A DNA stretch of 64,000 nucleotides from Desulfuromonadaceae bacterium (GTDB taxonomy: Bacteria > Desulfobacterota > Desulfuromonadia > Desulfuromonadales > JAAYDE01). Location: contig JAAZDE010000101.1 in assembly GCA_012512925.1 (NCBI GenBank), forward strand, positions 7,326 through 71,325, given 5' to 3'. Within the stretch, counting starts at the first letter, position 1. The number at the start of each line of letters is the position of its first letter. Position numbers and translations under genes: made by a program. Positions 59,407-64,000 of the stretch are shown here, piece by piece. Under the pieces are notes generated by a model, which was given only the letters and a program-made list of their open reading frames with translations, did not search any database and was not told where the DNA came from.

Positions 59407-60234
59407 TCAAGGGCGGTGGAATTTTCGGCCCAGGCTGGAGAAAAGATAGCCGCAGCCGGCCAGGAGGACGATGGTGGCGCCGGCTGGAAGGTCGGGCTGA
59501 TAGGAAAGGGCCAGGCCGCTGCAGGTGAAGACAAGCCCGAGGAGGATGGCGAGCAGCATCGTTTTCGCCAGGGTACTGGTGTAGTGCCCGGCGATGGCGG
59601 CGGGGAGGGTGAGCAGAGCGATGACCAGCACCAGGCCGACCACCTGGATCAGGATAACCACCGTCAGCGCCACCAGAGAGAGGAGCAGCAGGGAAAATAA
59701 TTCCACCCGGATGCCGCGCAGGCGGGCGAATTCCTGGTCGAAAGAGACCGCCAGAAACTGTTTGAAAAAGAGCAGTACCGTTACGGCGATGCCGATGTCC
59801 AGGAGGGCTATGAAATAAAGCTCCCGCCGTGGGATCATGAGAATATTGCCGAACAGGTAGCTCATCAGATCGACGTTGTATCCGGGCGTCTGCGAGATGA
59901 AGAGAATGCCGGCGGCCATTCCCACCGCCCACAAGGCGCTGATCATGATGTCCTCCTGACGGTGTTCGCGGAGACTCACCCAGCCGATCAGCAGCGCTGC
60001 TCCGATGGCGGTGATCAGCGCTCCGCCTATGGGGCTCCTCCCCAGGAAATAGGCCGCTCCCATCCCTCCCAGCACGGCGTGGGCAATCCCTCCCGCCAGG
60101 TAGCCGATTTTGCGCACTACCACGTAGGGGCCGATGATGCCGCAGGCGATGCTGGCCAGGACACTGCCCCAGAGGGCGTTCTGCATGAAGGTCTGGGTGG
60201 TCACGGCATCAAGGAAGCTGTTCATGGTCGTCAC
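59407..60234 (-). CDS. znuB: Zinc/manganese ABC transporter permease (ABC-3 family)
   Basis: Polytopic ABC-3 protein (GPYVVVRKIGYLAGGIAHAVLGG...). The start could be 60225. Confidence 0.85.
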   Translation of the reverse strand: MTTMNSFLDAVTTQTFMQNALWGSVLASIACGIIGPYVVVRKIGYLAGGIAHAVLGGMGAAYFLGRSPIGGALITAIGAALLIGWVSLREHRQEDIMISALWAVGMAAGILFISQTPGYNVDLMSYLFGNILMIPRRELYFIALLDIGIAVTVLLFFKQFLAVSFDQEFARLRGIRVELFSLLLLSLVALTVVILIQVVGLVLVIALLTLPAAIAGHYTSTLAKTMLLAILLGLVFTCSGLALSYQPDLPAGATIVLLAGCGYLFSSLGRKFHRP

Positions 60235-60985
60235 CGTTCTCTTTGATTCGGGCGCTCAAGCGGGTTTCATGATGCACCATGCGGATCGGCGAACCATACA
60301 GTTTCTCGAGGAGCCCTCCGCTGATGGGGGAGGTGGTGTGACAGACGAGAGTCCGGTTCAGACATGCCACCCGGGTGATGTAGTTGGAGATGAAACCGAT
60401 ATCGTGGGAGACCACGATGATGGTGATCTTTTCGTTGAGCCTTTTGAGCAGGTCGAAAACATCCTCCTCCACCTTCGGATCGATGTTGGCGGTCGGCTCG
60501 TCGAGGAGCAGGATCTCCGGATCGCAGGCCAGAGCGCGGGCGATCAGCACCCGCTGCAGCTGCCCTCCGGAGAGGGCGGCGATGGGGCGCTGGGCCAGGT
60601 CGAGGATGTCGGTCTCCCCCATGGCCGCTACCGCGCGCTTCCGGTCCTGGCGGCTGTAGCCTAGAAGCGGCCTCGTTTTCCCCAGCCTTCCCTGAAGGAC
60701 GGTATCCCGCACGGTGATCGGGAAGTGGCGGTCGAAATAGACGAATTGGGGAACGTAGCCGAGCTGGCGGCAGGCCTGTTCGGGGGGGGCGCCGAGCACG
60801 GTAATGGCACCCTGAAGCGGTTTCAGCAGACCGAGAATCAGTTTCAACAGGGTGCTCTTGCCGCCGCCGTTGGGACCGACGATGCCCAGGAACTCCCCTT
60901 GCTCCACCGCCAGGCTGACCTTCTCCAAGACCGGCACGTCATTGTAGCGGAAGGAAACGTTATCGACGGTGATGACCGGGTTCAC
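60209..60985 (-). CDS. znuC: Zinc ABC transporter ATP-binding protein
   Basis: Walker A GPNGGGKST, signature LSGGQLQR, Walker B LLLDEP. The GTG start overlaps the znuA stop (GTGA). Confidence 0.9.
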   Translation of the reverse strand: MNPVITVDNVSFRYNDVPVLEKVSLAVEQGEFLGIVGPNGGGKSTLLKLILGLLKPLQGAITVLGAPPEQACRQLGYVPQFVYFDRHFPITVRDTVLQGRLGKTRPLLGYSRQDRKRAVAAMGETDILDLAQRPIAALSGGQLQRVLIARALACDPEILLLDEPTANIDPKVEEDVFDLLKRLNEKITIIVVSHDIGFISNYITRVACLNRTLVCHTTSPISGGLLEKLYGSPIRMVHHETRLSARIKENGDDHEQLP

Positions 60986-61896
60986 GGCTGCCTCATCGCT
61001 GCGGCCAAGACCTCCGCTACCCTGCGGAGGTTGGCGAAATAATCCTCCGCCAGTGGATCGATCGCGACCACTCGGCCGCCGATGGCCGCGGCGACGGTTG
61101 CGGCCGCGGTTCGGCTGAACTGCTCCTGGACGAAGATGACGCGGATTTCCTCTTGTTTCGCTCGCTCGATAAGAGCCGCCAGGGTTTTCGCTCCGGGTTC
61201 TTTGCCGCCGCTTTCAATGGCGATCTGTTCGAGGCCGAAGTCCCTGGCAAAATAGCCCCAGGAGGGATGAAAGACCAGAAAGCGCCTATTGCTCAGCGGC
61301 GCCAGCTTGACGCGGATTTCCTTTTCCAGAAGGTCGAGATCGGTGACGAACTTCTGGTAATTGATCTGGAATTCCCCAATGTTTTCCGGGGAGGCCTCAC
61401 AGAGGGCCTGCACGATATTGTCGGCCATGATTTTGACCAGGGCCGGACTGGTCCAGATATGGGGGTCGGGAGGGCCTGTTTCATGGCCTCCCGCTGATGG
61501 GGAATGGATCTCGCCCTCGTGATGATGGTGATATGAATTCATCGGCATCAGCTCGATGCCGCATTGACTGTCGATGACCTTCATTTGCGGGTTGTTGGCC
61601 GCCACCCGCTTCATCCATATTCTTTCAAAAGGAACGCCGATGGAGAAATAGAGGCGGGCGCGGGACAGCCCCGCCATCTGCCGGGGAGTCGGCTCATAGG
61701 TTGCGGGGCTGCGGCCGGGTGGCACCATGACCGAGACCTGGACGCGTTCTCCGCCGATCCGTTCGACGAACTGTTTCTGCGGCAAGACGCTGACAAAGAC
61801 AGGCAACGGGTCATTTCCTGCCAAGGTGGCTGCCGGGGCGAGGCAGAGGATCAGGAAGCCCACGAAAAGATTTGCGAGGAAGACCTGTCGGCGCAT
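60982..61896 (-). CDS. znuA: Periplasmic zinc-binding protein (ZnuA-like, cluster A-I SBP)
   Basis: Signal peptide MRRQVFLANLFVGFLILCLAPAATLA. A His-rich loop (NSYHHHHEGEIHSPSAGGHETGPPDPHIW) is typical of ZnuA. The track start 62049 is an extension. Confidence 0.85.
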   Translation of the reverse strand: MRRQVFLANLFVGFLILCLAPAATLAGNDPLPVFVSVLPQKQFVERIGGERVQVSVMVPPGRSPATYEPTPRQMAGLSRARLYFSIGVPFERIWMKRVAANNPQMKVIDSQCGIELMPMNSYHHHHEGEIHSPSAGGHETGPPDPHIWTSPALVKIMADNIVQALCEASPENIGEFQINYQKFVTDLDLLEKEIRVKLAPLSNRRFLVFHPSWGYFARDFGLEQIAIESGGKEPGAKTLAALIERAKQEEIRVIFVQEQFSRTAAATVAAAIGGRVVAIDPLAEDYFANLRRVAEVLAAAMRQP

Positions 61897-61928
61897 CACT
61901 TCTGTTCCTTTCGGATTATCGGGTGTTT

Positions 61929-62180
61929 TTATTTCCGGCAGCGGAAAATCACTTCCTGGCAATCCTGGCACTTTTCCAGTGTGTGACTGGTCAGAAACTT
62001 GGTCATATGTTCCTTTTGGGAGGGACTCAGAATTCCCGTCCCGTGGCACAGGGGGCAGGCATTATCGAGTGCTGAGAGGATGGCGTCGCGGATGAATTCG
62101 GAACGGTTGGGAATCCCCGTCAGGGCGCTTTTTAATGTGGAATCGGCCTTGAAGCTGATGATTTCCTGTTTTTTCTTCAT
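61929..62180 (-). CDS. Small ribbon-helix-helix (CopG/NikR-N-like) protein with C-terminal CxxC...CxxC; putative metalloregulator of znuACB
   Basis: 83 aa from MKKKQEIISFKADSTLKSAL. This gives a beta-strand plus two helices (NRSEFIRDAILSAL), then CPLCHGTG...CQDCQEV. It is the first gene of the znu operon, 32 nt upstream of znuA. The track start 62246 is an extension. Confidence 0.6.
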   Translation of the reverse strand: MKKKQEIISFKADSTLKSALTGIPNRSEFIRDAILSALDNACPLCHGTGILSPSQKEHMTKFLTSHTLEKCQDCQEVIFRCRK

Positions 62181-62218
62181 GGACGTTGCCTCGTGAAAGG
62201 AAAAAATTTCCGAAAGAA

Positions 62219-62246
62219 ATAATACAATGTAATACTGGCCTGTCAA
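62219..62246 (-). promoter_or_regulatory. Strong sigma-70 promoter of the RHH-znuACB operon, with direct-repeat operator-like heptamers
   Basis: The minus strand reads TTGACA-16 nt-TATTAT. GTATTAC-att-GTATTAT (two GTATTAY heptamers 10 nt apart) covers the spacer and the -10 element. Confidence 0.6.
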
Positions 62247-62324
62247 CAGGGAAAGTGACTAAAGCTTGGGAGAGGAAACAGAAGTGTCACCGGGCAAGGG
62301 AGGCACAGCCCATTCACTACCGGG

Positions 62325-63011
62325 TCAGGCCATGCCGAAGACCCACATCAGGGCGGGAACGATGAAGATGCCGGGCAGGAGGTTGCCGATGGGCAGGCGT
62401 TTGATGCTCAAGAGGTCGAGGGCGATGGCGCAGATGAGCAGCCCTCCGACGGCGTTCATTTCGATGACCACCGGGTCGGTGAGAATGGCTTTGGCCAAGC
62501 CGGCGAAGAGGGTGATCCCCCCCTGATAGAGGGCCAGGGGGATGATGGAGAAGAGAACGCCGATGCCCAGAGTCGAGGTCAGCGCTACCGAGGCGATACC
62601 GTCCAGGGCGGCTTTGGCGTAGAGGATGGTCGGTCGGCCGCCGAGGCCGTCCTGGAGCGAACCCATGATGGCCATGGCGCCGACGCAGTAGATGAGACTG
62701 GCGGTGACGAAACCCTTGGCGATCTGGCCGCTGCCGGAAAAACGCCGCTGCAGGAACAGGCCGAAATTTTCCAGGCGGGTTTCGATCCCCAGCAGTTCGC
62801 CGCACAGCCCTCCGCCGATCAGGCCGCCGATGACGATAAGGGGCTGGCGGCTCTGCAGCGACAGTTGCATGCCGATCAGCAGAACGGCCAGGCCGAGGCC
62901 GGCCATGATGGTGAGGCGAGCCTTTTCGCTGATGAGCCGGCCGCACAGCCGTCCGATGAGACAGCCGATGGCGATGGCGGCGATATTGACCAGGGTTCCT
63001 TGCAGGATCAT
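62325..63011 (-). CDS. DUF554 family integral membrane protein (YqgA/YdfK-like)
   Basis: MILQGTLVNIAAIAIGCLIGRL... and GIETRLENFG resemble DUF554 as I recall it. The protein is polytopic. The track start 63179 is an extension. Confidence 0.7.
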   Translation of the reverse strand: MILQGTLVNIAAIAIGCLIGRLCGRLISEKARLTIMAGLGLAVLLIGMQLSLQSRQPLIVIGGLIGGGLCGELLGIETRLENFGLFLQRRFSGSGQIAKGFVTASLIYCVGAMAIMGSLQDGLGGRPTILYAKAALDGIASVALTSTLGIGVLFSIIPLALYQGGITLFAGLAKAILTDPVVIEMNAVGGLLICAIALDLLSIKRLPIGNLLPGIFIVPALMWVFGMA

Positions 63012-63273
63012 GGCGGAAAATTCTTCCGGGAAAAAGGGGGGAAGCCGGATCAAATCTAATGCGTAAAGATGCATTTTGGCAATGCCAAACCTTGTCCGGG
63101 GAGAAAAACATTTCCGGCGGGGGTCAAAAGGGAGAGAAAAGCCAATTATTGCCGAAGGCGGCAACCGGCGCGGTTTCATGTTGGCCTTGGAGGAATATCC
63201 GGATAGAATATTACATTAAAGGCAAGGAAAGCTTTTCCTTGGCCGGCAACATTCACGGATTGAGGAGGGTGTC

Positions 63274-63840
63274 ATGCGGATTTTTGTCAAAACGATAGTT
63301 TTCTTTGCGATCACAGGTCTTTTGGCCGGTTGTCTGCAGCCCAAAGCGGACAAGTTCCAGACCCAAAGGCTCATTGACGAGATGGCCAATGAAACTTTGG
63401 CAAAGCTTTATCACGCCCACCCTGAAACCCGCAACAAGGTGCGCCTCGCTGCCGGGTACGCGGTTTTTGACAGCACCAATGCCAACCTTCTCTTCATCGG
63501 CGGCGGTAGCGGTTACGGACTTTGCGTCAACAATGGAAATGGTTCCAAGGTCTATATGAATATGGCTCAGGTCGGCATCGGTCCGGGGCTGGGGATCAAG
63601 GATTACCGCCTGGTTTTCATCTTCAAAAGCCAGGAGGTGCTGACCCGATTCATGGATCAGGGGTGGGAGTTCGGCGGCCAGGCGGATGCCGCGGCCAAGT
63701 CCCCCGACAAGGGAGGGGCTATTGGCGGTCAGGTTTCCTTCCAGCGGGATGTGGAGATCTACTCCCTGACCAGCGCCGGGGCGACCCTGCAGGCGATGGT
63801 CGCCGGCACCAGATACTGGCGGAGTTCCGACCTCAACTAA
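63274..63840 (+). CDS. Lipoprotein with SYLF (Ysc84/DUF500-like) lipid-binding domain
   Basis: Lipobox LLAGC, then AAGYAVFD...GGGSGYGLCV...GPGLGIKDYRLVFIF...GGQADAAA, which is SYLF-like. Confidence 0.7.
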   Translation: MRIFVKTIVFFAITGLLAGCLQPKADKFQTQRLIDEMANETLAKLYHAHPETRNKVRLAAGYAVFDSTNANLLFIGGGSGYGLCVNNGNGSKVYMNMAQVGIGPGLGIKDYRLVFIFKSQEVLTRFMDQGWEFGGQADAAAKSPDKGGAIGGQVSFQRDVEIYSLTSAGATLQAMVAGTRYWRSSDLN

Positions 63841-63888
63841 GGATTTAAAATCATTTTCAAGGGAAAAACCGAAAAGAAGTTTTCCGCG

Positions 63889-63916
63889 GGCGGCTGTTTT
63901 TCAGCCGCCTGTTTTA
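63889..63916 (+). terminator. Rho-independent terminator after the SYLF lipoprotein gene
   Basis: GGCGGCTG-ttttt-CAGCCGCC followed by TGTTTTACTTTT. Confidence 0.7.
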
Positions 63917-64000
63917 CTTTTAAAGAAACGACGCTTTCTACATTTCAAGGAAAAGAGGTCAGCAACTCCCTGAGAAAGCGGTGCACCCTGGCGATGGAGG

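Noticed and set aside
63945-64000. Open frame entering from the right edge on the minus strand (...SIARVHRFLRELLTSFP*).
   Set aside because: Only ~18 codons are visible, which is too short to support as a gene or assign to a family. It may be the 3' end of a gene outside the window that shares the hairpin at 63889-63916.

Overview
This 64 kb window looks like ordinary core chromosome from a high-GC deltaproteobacterium. The gene content and order (MglA/MglB, NifU/NifS housekeeping Fe-S system, PFOR, RNase J, archease-RtcB) suggest a Desulfuromonadales/Geobacter-like organism, but that is an inference. It is densely packed with about 53 protein genes. They include lon, thiL, rimO, apbE, rnj, uppP, ftsK, nifU-nifS, a PIF1-like helicase, pepA, purA, rnhA, polA, glgP, gnd-zwf-pgl, rnr, htpX, mglBA, PFOR, recR-ybaB-dnaX, dksA, gpmA and znuACB. 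There are six tRNA genes (Arg-ACG, Ser-GCU, Lys-UUU, Glu-UUC, Asn-GUU, Ser-GGA) and a 4.5S-type SRP RNA upstream of dnaX. I also found one small gene absent from the ORF track, a 36-aa homologue of ribosomal protein bTHX. I see no CRISPR array, transposase, integrase, prophage or recognisable defence island. I therefore do not claim a clear-cut new system. The loci most worth a second look are: (1) a four-gene archease-RtcB operon with two uncharacterised partners and a sigma-54-like promoter; (2) a small ribbon-helix-helix plus Cys4 protein heading the zinc-uptake operon, with direct-repeat operator-like sites in its promoter; (3) a DksA with a CxxT...CxxA motif close to that zinc locus; (4) a tightly overlapping rimO-apbE-NusG_II-Gx transporter operon; (5) two AT-rich non-coding stretches of about 0.6-0.7 kb. 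Many long ORFs in the track are antisense or alternative-frame artefacts typical of GC-rich DNA. Several track ORFs have N-terminal over-extensions, which I trimmed to starts supported by a ribosome-binding site. All family assignments come from reading the translations and from memory of those families. No searches were run.
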